NCBI RefSeq assembly: GCF_052425735.1
Contig: NC_135760.1
Span: forward strand, 13,454,001 to 13,518,000
Direction: 5' to 3'
DNA: 64,000 nt
Origin: Oculina patagonica
Lineage: Eukaryota
In this document: piece after piece, positions 45,584 to 58,900 of the stretch
Position numbering within the stretch: position 1 is the first letter of the stretch
How the letters are laid out: every line of letters begins with the position of its first letter
Program-made: the position numbers and the translations under genes
The notes under the pieces: generated by a model
What the model was told of the DNA's origin: nothing
Databases searched by the model: none
Seen by the model: only the letters and a program-made list of their open reading frames with translations

Positions 45584-46399
45584 CTAAAACAGAAGGGAAA
45601 GAACAATCATAACTCTTGTTTACAGCACAGCCATTATTTTACAAATACAGTCGAACCCCCACTTATGGACACCTTCTGTAGGAGGCGATCTCTGCCACAT
45701 ATAAACACTAACCTCTCAGAAGTGGACACCTCTCCAAGGGTGCCTGCCTATGGGAGGTTTGACTTTATACAGAGGAAGACATATCTAAGTCAAAGATTCT
45801 GCCAAAACCTTTTTTCTTTTAAAAAGCTATTAGGTGAAAGCTTTTAATTAATTAATCAGAACAAGCAAAAAACATCAAAGGTTATAAAATCTGCCTGAAA
45901 ACCTTGCAATACAATTTTTGTTTCCATGGCAACCAGGGTACTTTCATTTTCCTAAGCTAATATCAGGGTACGATTTTAACAGGAAATGTAAAAGAATGTT
46001 GCAAAAATACATAAAACACTTGTGCCAAAATCTTTCTTATACCTGACATCAAAATAGACCAATGTGATGAAGACATTTTAAGCTTTTGTACATACTCATA
46101 AGAGCCTACAAAAAAGACAAACTTGTTTATGTAATTTTTAGCTAATCAAACCATATTTTTGGCAAACTTAACGACAACTTTTAATTTTATTTCGTTAATA
46201 TGCGAGGAAAAAATCATGGCCTTGCATGTCTTCATAATCAATTTAACACAGCGAAAACGCAAGATCGAAGACCGTCCACAGAAGTTTCTTGAGTTACCGT
46301 ACCTAAGTTAATTCGGCTTTCTATACTTTCAAGATACATTGTAGACCTGAAAAACTGGCATTTTAGTAAAAAACAATTTACCCACCTTGACTTGAAAAT

Positions 46400-46779
46400 T
46401 ATTTCAATCGCAAAAGATAACGCCAAAAGAATCGAAAAGTCTAACGTCCCTCGACAGCACTGAACACACAAAATACTTTCGCCTAGACGCTTCATAAAAT
46501 AGTTCGCTTCCTGGTTGTCTCTGATTGGATACTGCTCTCAAACGGTACAATTTGATTCGTCAAAATGATGGTACTATTTCCGCAGCCTATATCAACCCAC
46601 AATCCCATGCGTTTGTTTTACTTTGGATGAAGGCCTGGATCAAAGCCCCTGCTAAACAGACAGGACGACCCCTTTCTTTATAGGTCACAACTCGTGGCCG
46701 GCCATCTTTGAAAGTTTTACTGACGCAGATCGTTTAGACTTCCTTCTTTGAGGACGTTTAACAACTCTTACTTAAGGCA
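46400..46779. promoter_or_regulatory. Probable bidirectional promoter for DYNLL copy B and SRSF1
   Basis: Divergent genes, CpG-rich. ATTGG (CCAAT) near 46524, ACAATCCCATGC near 46599 and YY1-like GCCATCTTTG at 46701. Confidence 0.6.
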
Positions 46780-48456
46780 ATGATGAATCGAAGTAACAAC
46801 AATAGTAGGCGAGTTTACGTGGGAAACTTACCTTCCAATGTAGACGAAAGAGATTTGGAAGATATCTTTTACAAGTACGGAGAAATTGCAGACGTCGACT
46901 TGAAAATTCCTCGGTACGGGACTGGAGGCACACCGTTTGCCTTTGTCGAATTTAATGACCCAAGGTACGAAAGCAACTTGTAGTTGCCTGTTTATTACTG
47001 TATTTAGCTAGTTAGTTTAATGATATTAAAAACTCTCTCAGAACTTTGAAGCCACGTTTTGCCGTTTCGTTTGAGTACGGCGTCGTTTCAGATTTGGTGC
47101 GGTCGGGTTTCAGTTTCGCAGCAGTTTCGACACTTTTACTTTGTCTGACTTGAGCTGTGGCGCAAAAACAAGCTTGTATCTAAGAAAAGTCCTCATTTTC
47201 ATTTTGTAGACTTATTATTTTCTCAGCATTCCTCGCTATAAACCTTAACTTTAACTTTTAACTTGAATTTTTTTTCGCAACTGTGACGTGTACATGCAAC
47301 CTGCTGAAGTGAGGCTTTTTGAACAGAAACGTTTTGAAAATCTTTAGCCACATTTTTTTTGGGGTGATCCAGAATTTAATTTTCTTGTGAGTTTAAATTT
47401 TCTTGTGAAGAAAGTTACCATCATTGTGAAGATTTGCTTTTGGTTTCAAAGCTGTTGACACTCTAGCATAAAAAATTTATAAGTTTTCTATACAACAGTC
47501 AACCAAATATGTAAATTTTTGTGTCAATGAGTTTACTGGAAGCCTTCTATTGATTCAAGAGTTTTTCTTTCTGCTTTCGCCTTTGCTATCATCACCCTCA
47601 CCTGCAATTGTTACTTCAAAAGAGTCCTTGTATTTCTTAATGCTGTATTCTTTGTTTATTTCTCTGCTTGTATTTAATTTTTCTACACCAACTTTGTTTG
47701 AAAAGTAAAATGTTTATTGCTTTACAGAGATGCTGAAGATGCTGTTAGAGGGAGAGATGGCTACGAATTTGATGGTCAGAGAATTCGTGTAGAGTTCCCT
47801 CGTGGGGGACGTGGAGGAGGCCGATCAGGTGGAGGAGGTGGATTCGGTGGTGGCGGTGGTGGTTATGGTGGTGGGGGTGGCGGTGGCGGTGGTGGCCGAG
47901 GTCCACCCCCACGGCGGTCTGAATACCGTGTTTTAGTCTCTGGATTGCCTCCCACTGGTAGCTGGCAAGACCTCAAGGACCACATGCGTGATGCTGGTGA
48001 TGTTCAGTTTACTGATGTTTTCAAGGATGGAACTGGCATTGTGGAGTATTCTCGCCATGATGACATGAAATTTGCCCTGAAACACCTTGATGACTCCAAG
48101 TTTCGCTCTCATGAGGTATACAAATCCAGTCACCCTTTAGAAGTAACATTTGTGGAGGCTAAGTTTCAATTTTTTTTCAGCGTGTGCAAGAAAAAATCTT
48201 ACACTGTGTTGTTCTCCCTTTTATCTTTAAGGGTGAAGTTGCATTCATTCGTGTAAAACGTGATAATCCTGGTGGTGGGCGTGGGTCACAAAGCCGAAGC
48301 CGATCACGTTCAAGAAGCAGATCACCAAGAAAGAGGTCACATTCCCGCTCCCGCAGTCCTCGTCGATCCAAATCCAAGTCCCCATCCAGATCACCAAGGA
48401 GGAAGAGATCAGCCTCTCCAAGGCGTTCCAAATCTCGTTCTCGTTCACGTTCATAG
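46780..48456 (+). CDS. SRSF1: Serine/arginine-rich splicing factor of the SRSF1/SRSF9 (ASF/SF2) subfamily, 265 aa; exons 46780-46964, 47728-48115, 48232-48456
   Basis: RRM1 ([19 protein letters not shown]), Gly linker, pseudo-RRM2 with SWQDLKD, KFRSHEGE, then an RS domain. Confidence 0.95.
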
Positions 48457-51382
48457 ACATTTCCACTGCATACCTGTTATGTTTAATTTGTATTGTATAG
48501 TTTTCACATGAGGGAGAGATGTGCATAGTAAGCTCTTAGCTGTAACAAAGCATAACTTTTTATTTCTGTACTCTGTAAGTTTAGATGCATCTTTTACTCT
48601 TCCATGATATCATTTTCAGGGCAGCACAAGCAATTTGTGATATTGGAAAGGAAAGCTAGGAAAGAAAACAACAGTCAATGTTTCAACACTTATCTTGCTA
48701 AGGAAATCAGAAACTGGATAAGGAATCAGAAAATGTCCTCTGGGAACAATAGGATCAATTGGACATAGGACATTTTCTTTGGATATCATGGTATGCATGG
48801 TTTCTCAATATACAATGATAAACCTACATGAAAAATTTGCCTCTTTTTTAAACCGAAAATTCGAAAATATGTTAATGTGCACCCATTTAGGGAAGTTAAG
48901 TTCCTTTTAAGCAAGAGAAAGTATTGTTTTATTTTCATTTCAATAAACTATGTGTAATAAATTACTGTTTCTGGCAACTTAGAATTAAAGAATGATAAGG
49001 CATGTTACTTTGGCTGACTGCCATATGTTTCTCAGTGTTTATCTAAAAGGCAAGTAGCATTGCTGTATTTACTTTGTTTAACCATTCTGTGACATAATAC
49101 TGAAAGAAAAGTTTTGCTGCAAGTGTATGAATTATTGACAAGTTGACTTCTTTATAATCCTGCGACAGATCTAAAGCTGTCAGACTGGAGGAGAGCGGAT
49201 CCTCTCATGTCAGTGAACACGGAATAGGATAGGAACTGGAGGTCAGCTCCAGTGCAGTTTGGGAACAGAACATTGGAAACAATCAGGAGTCAATTTTTTG
49301 GAACTCGTTCATTCGTCAGGATAAGGATTTGGATGTATTTTTGGAGGAAAATCAGAGTTTGGGATGGAGGAATTGCAATCACCATCTTTCAAATATAATG
49401 GTCTTGCAAAGTACTCTTCCATGGAGGGTAGCCTCAATGTGGTATGACGTTCAGTGTTTTCCTTCAACCCCCTTGCTAAAGTATCAGCAAAAAAATCTTT
49501 GAACACTCGCAAAAGCAGAATTTCCAATTAAACCAAATATTAGGCCATCCAAATCATTTCCATAAAAAAAAATGAACTTGATTTTCACACCTTTCAACAT
49601 AAGGACGTTAACCGGCCACAAGGGTTAACAATCCATTCCTTTCTTTCTCAAAGTAATAGCACCTTGTTGCATTTGTTTTTACTAACCTTTCTGCTTCAGG
49701 AGCAAGATAGTCTACTGGATTTGTTTGCAGAAACAGAATGCAGGGATATGAAGTAGTCATGAATCAAGTGTTATGTTTTTGCCATTGTGGTTGAGATTTG
49801 CTTGCATTAATCAAATTAATTAATTTTGCTGAAACTAAATAAAAAAGCTTTGTGGAACCACAAAGTATTTTAAATCTTTGTAGCATAGTGTCTTCCTTGT
49901 ATTTGGTGCATTGTCAAATAAAGGGGTGGTGTCCCATTCATTTGATAACAACATTGCAATTTGATTCCTGTCATTCCTTGGAACACAGGCAGACCACCCT
50001 ATGTGTTCACAGTAAAATCTCTGTTGACAAACGAGATCAACAAACTAAAGAAAATTGTAGAAATCTATGGCGGTAATTATTGCTTGGAAATGTTCTCACT
50101 GGAGGAGACAATTTATATCTTGAACTGGTGGGTTGACTCCAAGGCTTGTGGAATACATTTGTTAGTATCTTGTAAAAAAAAATAGTGCTGTTGTGTGTCT
50201 ATAAAAGTCAAGGAAGTAGCATGAGCTGTTGGCATAGTGAGCAGAACAAAGTTTTTTCAAAGGGATGGCTGTTGTTGAGTGGTAGGGAGGCTGTAGGCGA
50301 CCTTGCATTGATACGAACCTCTGCTTTATCATGTAAATTAAAACTACAGGTTAGTATCAGAACAACGTGATATACAAAACAGAAGAAGTGAGTTCTGTAT
50401 CCAAACAAGGTCTCCTCCAGCCTCACTTCCATTCGAAGGCCAGGTCACTGAGTAGACAACTTTAAAATGGTCTATTCTCCAACCTACAGTCCCTTGGTGT
50501 CTGAGATTGGTTGTTACTTGCGTGTGAAAATCCAAAAAAATCAACCAGCAACTACTCTGACACCACCTATCTGTGAAGAGCAACTTTATAATTACTACAG
50601 AAGGCTCAGGTGGAGTGAGAGAACAATTTAACTCTGGCTTGAGAAAAATGGAATGTAAAAATTAATCAAGAAAACTAACTTTATCACCCGTTTAAAAAAT
50701 TTTAGCTGCACATACCTTGCTATATATTTTCATTGCAACTAAATTTCAGTAGTGCAGCAGGTCTCTCCCTGTAATATTGTATAAATGTCGAAGTGATTAA
50801 AAAAACTCGTAAGGTTCTAACTACTCTCTCGTACCTTATTGCCTACTATATCAATATTGCTATGAAAATCGTCGCTGAGAAGACCCTGGATCCGCATGGA
50901 TGGAGACGAGTTGGAGCACGAGAAACGAAAGGCTCTGCTGACAGAGGATTTTGATATCTAGATTCTAGGACTTCCGGTCTTCATGTATGCAGTCGTGATG
51001 TTTCTTTTTACTGTGTAACTAAGAGTTCGACTTCTGTTCAAGATTTCTTTGTTTTAAACGGCCAATCCAAAAAAAATTGAATTAATTCTTAATTCTTTTG
51101 TCTCCAGAGCCCTTCGTTTCTCGTGCAAAGGCCATGTGGGCTAAGAGAAACGAAAAGGGCTATGGGGATGAGAATGGACAAATCCTTCTTGCAAGTTGAC
51201 TAAAGTGTGAAAAGGAACTAAATTTTGCGTTCTACTTGCACTGTTGTTGACCTAGGAAAGGAAGGGGGGAAAGGTTTATTATCCCACAATACTGAGACTA
51301 GTTTCTTGTGAAGTGTGAAATATCAGATAAATATGGCTCTACGCGGCAAATTTCGTATCTTACATTGAGCACAAGTCTTGCC

Positions 51383-52663
51383 TCAGCCCTTTGAGATAAT
51401 GTTCTCAATGCGCTCTTTGTCAACTCGACAAGATGATTTTATTCCCCAAAACTCTGAAATTTTGTGATAAGTTTTGGGAGGTTTTGTAGGATCCTGAAGG
51501 GCCTTGCACAACTGGCACCACCAAAACTGATACTTGACAATCTTGTACTTGGATTTCCACTCAAAGTATTGGTTGTAAGCGGTGTCGTTCTTATCTAGAT
51601 ACTTAAGATAATCTGCAAGATCTTTAAGGGAATCGAAGTCGGCTGCGTTAATAAAAGAACCTGGAATAGCTTGCTCAGGGCTGTAACGAGCGCCTCCAAG
51701 AACTATCGGTACCAATCCTCGCTCCAGCGAGTTCCTCCAATACTTCTCTGTTATGTAGTCTACACACAAACTATTCTCAACTGCAAGGTAAAATTTGTGG
51801 CGCTGAAGCTCTTCAAGACAACCATTTCCCAGGTCTTTGGGGCAATCGAAGGTGTTATTCGATTCAAATTGATCTGCACACCTTCCAAAAAGGCTAACGT
51901 CCACGTGTTTCATGAGAGCACGAACAAATTCAAGTCTGTACCCTCCACAGTGGTTACTGACACCAATAGTGACCATTTTATCTTTCCCTTGTGCGTAGTT
52001 CACTTTCTCGTCACTTGGTTGAACACTTGATTTATTTTGCTTCACTGTCAATGGAGCGAAGTGACCATAAGGGACAAAAATATCTGAATCTCGCCGATAT
52101 GTTGCAGTCCAGTTAAACACTCCGTTCCAGCGTGCAAATATTGGGACCAATCCTGGACTTTCCTTGATGTAAACGACCCATCTCTGTGCGGGTTTTCTGT
52201 TCCTTGTTATTTCTTTAATTTGTAGTTTGGAAGAGAATGATGCTGCGTGTAGGACAACCGCATCGCTAATGTTGAGTAGATCTTTATCAAACGTAATTCG
52301 ACATCTTGACTCCTCGCACGTGGTGCCGTCCCAATCTGTAAATTTGTAACTCATGGCATCTTTAGGGTTATTTGGTCCCCAAGGATCTTTGATAAATGGA
52401 GAGCGAGTGTGTACCAGGATCAACTTGGTTCGATCTCTCTCCCCCACAGAGGCCTCTTTTATTTGTTCGTACGGTCTGAGAGTGGTTCGATGTATCTCAT
52501 CAACAGCGTGGACTGGTTTTATATCTTGAATAAAATGAAAAATTCGATGAACTGCAAAAATCGTGAAGATCGTGTAAAAGGAGAAGTGGATAATCTTCTT
52601 CTGTTTTCTTGTAAGTTGCAAGTGACAAGAAATGGATCTCAGCTTTCTTCTCAGCACATTCAT
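51383..52663 (-). CDS. Alpha-(1,3)-fucosyltransferase (GT10), single coding exon, type II membrane protein, 426 aa
   Basis: N-terminal TM segment, FNWTATYRRDSDIFVPYG, and the GT10 motif HKFYLAVENSLCVDYITEKYWRN followed by LADYLKYLDKND. A splice acceptor lies just before the ATG. Confidence 0.93.
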   Translation of the reverse strand: MNVLRRKLRSISCHLQLTRKQKKIIHFSFYTIFTIFAVHRIFHFIQDIKPVHAVDEIHRTTLRPYEQIKEASVGERDRTKLILVHTRSPFIKDPWGPNNPKDAMSYKFTDWDGTTCEESRCRITFDKDLLNISDAVVLHAASFSSKLQIKEITRNRKPAQRWVVYIKESPGLVPIFARWNGVFNWTATYRRDSDIFVPYGHFAPLTVKQNKSSVQPSDEKVNYAQGKDKMVTIGVSNHCGGYRLEFVRALMKHVDVSLFGRCADQFESNNTFDCPKDLGNGCLEELQRHKFYLAVENSLCVDYITEKYWRNSLERGLVPIVLGGARYSPEQAIPGSFINAADFDSLKDLADYLKYLDKNDTAYNQYFEWKSKYKIVKYQFWWCQLCKALQDPTKPPKTYHKISEFWGIKSSCRVDKERIENIISKG

Positions 52664-55600
52664 GTTCTAAAGGAAGTTAAAAAATGTTATCAGTTTTTTA
52701 CCCGAAAAGGCACCGTTCTCGATTTAGCGCAATAAGTTCCGCACATGAAGGCCTGGCTAAACGGAGACGCAAGTTTTCAACTTGCGTCCACTTGCGTCTC
52801 TGTTTGGCCAAGACTTACGTGCACTTGCGTTCACTTTGGTCGAGATCAAAATTGCACGCAAACCTGCGTTTGGCTACCCAACGCAAATGAACGTAATTCT
52901 TGCTGCTTACTTTAAGTAATGAATTTGGCCAGCCAACGCACGTCTGCACGCAAGTTTAATTTGAGATCGCGTCCATTTGCGTTACCGTTTAAGGGTTAAC
53001 AGTAATTTTTTTTTACGACAAGCCCCGTCCTCGAAATTTTAAGCGTGCCACCCCTGAAGAATAGTGCGGTGCTAATTCAACACACTTCAGCTCTAAAGCG
53101 GCGTTTTTCGAAGAGGCTTACGTCCCTATGAGCTACTTTACTCCAATATGGATAAAATAAAGTGGTATTGACATTTTAAATAGAGGTTTGGTTGTTGCCA
53201 TCGTTTCTGGATAAAGAGTTATGTTTTATTCAAAAAAAATTTCTTAATGAGTTTTTTCCAATGAAAATACGGTATGTTGTAAAAGCTTGTACCCTGGTTT
53301 CAGGGATTTGTTTTCTTTTCTATTTCCCAAGAAAGAAGAAAAAACCTCTGGGACCTAGTAAAATTAAATTAAACAAGATTTAAAAGAAAAGTACATGTAA
53401 CTGTCTACAATTTCGTAGAAACTTAATGCCACGTTTTAGGTTGTGCCGCGTGCTAATTTCCAATTCCACTAACCATAATATATTGCTCCAAATTATGATG
53501 GGATGAGTAAGGACAGTAAGCTAAACCTCAACTAAATTCACTGAAACTAAACCAAAATGCTACAAGAATTAAATGTTTAAATCCCGTTAACCACCATCAA
53601 CCTATGAGTTTTGTCATTAAACATCATTAAGGCCCTGTGTTGTGGACACAAATGTTTATCTGTTTGCCTGCGCGCAACATATATCGGAGACACAAAAAAT
53701 GTTTCTGATGTTTTTTCAGAAACATTTTGTATCCGCAACAAATGTTTCCAGTTTGCACAGCATGGAAGCAAAAACATTTGTTTTGTGTCCGGCTCATTTG
53801 CTCACCTAAGAAACATCGCGCGCAACAATGTGTCACCGTTTGCCATGGGATGGCCTTTAATCCTACCTTTTTATTGCCGTATATACCAATGTCAGATCTT
53901 ATTTCCTTCTTCTTTCAATGGAAAACGATGTTCTAAAGGTTTGTCCGTCCCTTTGACCAATACCCCACGTTAAGCAGTGCTTACTGTTAGACCCGCGGGC
54001 TGTTAGAGACGTCTATGAAACTTGATCTTTGCATGATAAATTATTCAGAAATTCATTCAATATAAACAGGTGATAACATGGCCTAGACAGCAGGAAAGTC
54101 ACGACAAGTTTCAGATATAAAATGGCGATCAAGCCGGTACTACCTTCCAGCTCAAGATGAAAGAAGCTTTGCTCATCCTGTGGGAAAACCCTACCCTGAA
54201 GCAACAAATACAACTGAACAACGTCAATTTAAACCTTATCCGCACTCTTTTTTGCAAGGTACCCATTAGCCATTCCTATTTATTCACAGTCAAATTTGCA
54301 TCTCCTGAGGCGACATGTGCAGTGAAAAGAGCAGACGTTTCTGCGGAGACATGTAGGGGCTTAAATATTCAAAATCGTCGTTTTAATATATCTGAAACCA
54401 GAAGTTCTTCTAGCAGTTCTAGGAATTAGAAACTTCTGCTGAAATTCATTCAATAATCATTCTTTGTTTAAGATACTCACTCAGTTTAAGGTGTGTTACT
54501 TTTAAACGACTGTTTTTGGCAAAATGCAAAACAGGAGTATCATTGTTCTTCAGGAAGTCCAAGCATAATATTTTCATAATAAAGACACTAAAAAAATATA
54601 AGAATTTGTGTGGAACTTAGAACTGAAACTTTTTTGTCGATGAATAAAGGTGTCGGTGAAATCACTAAATAAAATTTACGAAACAATAACAGGTGGTGTT
54701 TTCTTTTATTAAATCGTGTTATTGGCAATGTAAGCGATTTTTGGTTAATATATCCCACCATGTATCATCTAAAAGCAAGGAAGGAGAATTTACGAGCATC
54801 CAGCATTCGATTGGTTTTGGGAATTTCTCGAATTTTACCACAAAAACTCCATCCATCCGCCGTTCTACCTCATCGTCCTCACGGTCCAATAACGTTACAG
54901 TTTCTGTAAAATAAAATCGCACACACCTTTTTTCTTTAAGAAAACGCGCCAATGATTCACGTCAAGGAATATTTTTTGTCCCCATAGGGTGGTAGGTGAA
55001 GCCAAATCAGTCCGGTACAAAAATGGCGTGCCCTTCCCCGCTGGGTGTATCTTTTAATCCGGTACCCAGTGCTGAACGCGTCGATGTGGGACAAAAATGT
55101 TTTTCACGTTTTCATGGCAGTGGTAATGTATGTAATTTTGCAGAGCTGCTAATTGCCAACTTTTTTCGCGTTCTTTGCCTCCTTTTCCGTCACTTTTATG
55201 GTTTTGTTGGCCTTTCAGTCACTATTGTTCCCGTTGGACATGTTTCGGGCAAAAGGTTGACGAAAAGTGAACATTTTTTAACAAAAAGTGTTTATGGTAG
55301 GAGTCGAGCTTGTAGGGAAGCTCAAGTTTTACTTCGATATTAGATAGAATGCGTGTATCTCTGGCTCAATTTATCACATCGCGCTTATTTTATTTTGGAC
55401 TTTTGTACTTTATCAGATGATCGTGAAAAACATCTCCTTTTGTGAAGTGATGACGTCACAAGTGGTTCAAGGGCCATGGTGGTATGCACGCCTTTTGAGG
55501 AGTTTAGCAGACATTGGGTTAAATGTCTTTTACTGGTTTAGAAGAGTACACAAAGAAGAATACTAAACAAGATTAACTTCGCACTATGGCTATATTTAAA

Positions 55601-55918
55601 TGATAAAAGCTTGCAGAGAAAGCTCATTGCACAAACAGAATAAAGCTAAGCCACAAAGCACGGTGTAGATCACCTGAGTTAAAGGGGTATACCGACGGCT
55701 ACGATAAAACGTAAGAATCAAAATCAAAACTGTATATAACAAATTCGGAGTAATCAGTATAACACTAGCAACTAGAAAACTAAAACTGTTAGAGACACAG
55801 CTTAGGCACGACAATACTAACAGTAAATAAAGTATTAGATTGTGCTGTACAGTGACTAAAGACTAAATGGTTATTCATGGTGATGTATACATGAAGCGGT
55901 TTACAAGGTGGCAGTAGT

Positions 55919-58900
55919 TTATTGTATGTCTTCGCCGTCTAGAAACGAAAGTAGCTTGCTGAGATCTGGGCAGCTTCTTATCACATCGTGATACTGGTGC
56001 AGGATCTACAGATTGAACAAAACAAAAATCAATTAATTTCAGAACATTAAAAGAAACAGCGATACTGGAGGGTTGGGGGAGGGGAGGGGTTTGCTCTGTA
56101 GCGCCATACAATAGCGACCTTCAGATTTGACTGCGAGTACGAGATCGAGTACGAGTTCGACTTTGGAATTTCGACACAATTATATCCCCCAAACTATAAC
56201 TCTTCCCTGATGCTGACTAAGACATAAATAAACGTTAGATCGGTGTGATAATTGATTAAAGGAGGCACCCGAATTTTTTTTTGGAAAAGTCGTACTTGTA
56301 CTCAATCTCGTACTCGTAGTCCAATATGAAGGTCTATCATATGGGACGGACTTGCCAGCATTAGCAGTGCGAGTAGGCTCGATTTCCGGCCGCAGGAACA
56401 AAGACCGGGCTCGAGAAGGCGGCAGAAATGGAGCCCACAGTGCGAGTGTATGTAATGATATTCACAGGGAAAGGTTATATATGACATATCGTTGATGCAT
56501 AAATGTCGCACAAAAGCAACAAAATACTTTGGGCTTGTTAGGCTTGACCTTCACCTTGTTTTGTGCGATTGCTTTCCTCCACAGAAAACGGCTGGAGATA
56601 GAACCTTTGCACTTGTGTACATTGCGTATTATTTTCCTCATCCTCGGATTCACCCGTATAGTCTCCCCTTGCCCCCACTAACTGCCCCTGGGTCTCCGAG
56701 GATGTGTTTCACCGCAACATTTTTAGCCTCCAGCAAGGCGATTGCAAGGGACCCAGAAGGAAAATTCCGTACTGCCAGTTGTCTATGCTACTTACAAGTC
56801 TAATCTTTTCCACCAAAGCATCCAGTCGACAGATCTCTGTCTCAGCTTTCTGAATGTTGCCCTCAAGGACTCGAATCTGTACAACAACAAAAGACGCGAG
56901 AAAGTCAGGTTGAATTTAAATGATTTTAAATGCTGAATTTCAAAAGTGAAATGCCAGCTGGCTTTTCAATTTTTTCCACTAAGAAGGGGCAGTTACCCCG
57001 AAACGTATGGAACATATTTCTTCTATCTGGCACATTGTTCACCATTTTAGATAATTGTTTATATGCCCTAGACAGTCGCTCGAAATTTCTTTAGAGATTT
57101 TTTTTACTATTGAATTTAGGGAGCGCGGAACTTATGGTAGTCCTATAAAGGAGATTTTACCGCTCTTTCTGATCAAGATAAGTACCTTTGCTCTTACACG
57201 AAATGCGTCCAGAACACAACTGAATTGTTTATGGGAGAGCAAAATGTAAACAGTACTATTTTTTGGCGTTTTTTTCAAGACACAAGGGAAGAACTTGATC
57301 TGACCTTGGATTCCGTTCTGTGTTTGTATTCTGTCATGTAGTCTTGAGTCTCCAGTCGATATGCCACTGATTTCTCTTTCAGCTGCTGTACCTGTGCAAA
57401 AAGATATCTACAACATCAGACCTTACACTGGATGACCGAAGGTCTAACTTACGAGGCTAATGTTCGAGAATTCATTGGGTCCCTGCCTTTTTGTTATGAA
57501 CGAATGCGAAGCGCGAGAGACCATGGGAAGGAGAAAGAAGAGACTCTCTTCCTTTCGCCTTCCCTTCGTGCCCATTTTTCCTTGCGAATAAGAGAGGGGC
57601 ACCTGGGTACGAGGCAGGGTCCTGTTTGGTAGTGTCGTAATTCACTACATGTCACTACTTCGATTACTACAGTAAAGAAACTACATGTGCAGAAAAGACT
57701 GATAACAAAAACTCTTTTGCATCACCTTGTTCTCTAATTTGAATTTCTCTGCTAGCAGTTTTCCAAGAACATCTTGTGTTTTGTTGAGATCAGGCTGGTC
57801 CTGTGAAAGTTGGTCTAACGTGGCGAGGCTTTCTTTCAACTGCTGTGACAAGCTTTCTTTCTCTCTTTCAAGCGTTTTAACTTGGTCGGAGAAGCGTCGA
57901 AGATCTGCAGTCAGCTCCTAGAAAATACACAGACACCCATGTGAAAATTTCAAACGTTGATTGTCTAAATAGGTAAAACAATTAGCGAAGAAATCAAGAA
58001 AAACTTGGAGAACTGTTCCGTTGCTTTTCGAGCCTTCTTTGACACCGAAGTTTTTAACCTGTTTCGGTTTTCTTACCGCGATTATTTGCTAGGACAGTCT
58101 GCGGGACGAAGAAGTCAAAGTAGCCAATAAATTGTAATTGCAATTGCTTGTTCTTATGTTGGCTCTCAGCACTACGGAAGGAAACCATTGTCCTTGCTCC
58201 GAGGGTTTTTTCCGGGTTCTCCGGTTTTCCTTCCTCCCAAAAACCAACACTTCTAAATTCCAATTCGATATGGAAACAGTAGACGAATAGCCACACCGCG
58301 GAAGTGCCGCTGTAAATTCCTATTATACTTTTAAGATTTAAACAAAATTGTTAATAATATTTCTCTTAGTTCTTAAAAATTATGTTATGTGAAGGTAAAC
58401 ACCATACAGAGTAGAAAGTTTACCGATATTCTAGCCTGCTGGTCAATCGTCTTTTCACACTGCTCACTGAGTGAATCAATTTTTCTAAACGAATGCTGTA
58501 AGTCGTTTCTGCTTTCTTCCAGTTGCTGTTGTAGCGCAGATATCTGGTTGTTTTTTCGTGAGATTTCCCGGCGCAGACTATTTTCAGATAGTCTCGAGTC
58601 TTCAAGTTGTGACATGACCTTTTGAAGAGAAGACTTGTGCTGTTCTTCTAATAAAATCCTGGGGAAATATGAAAAGAGAAAAGTTATAGTATCATGGAAA
58701 GAATTAATTAAGAGAAACACAAGTCCGTGCTGCCTTGTTTCACTCCTAGCCCGAGTTCAAACGAGGAAAAGAACTGGTGCAAAAATGCTCATGAACATTG
58801 CGACACACAACTTGGAACATTATATAACTTTTTTGTTGTCGTTCAGTTCATTGACAAGTAAGAAAGTTTGTTAAAACGCCGTTTTTGTTCCAAATGATGA

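Noticed and set aside
54996-55343. 115-aa plus-strand ORF
   Set aside because: Non-ATG start, no domain signal and no supporting exon chain.
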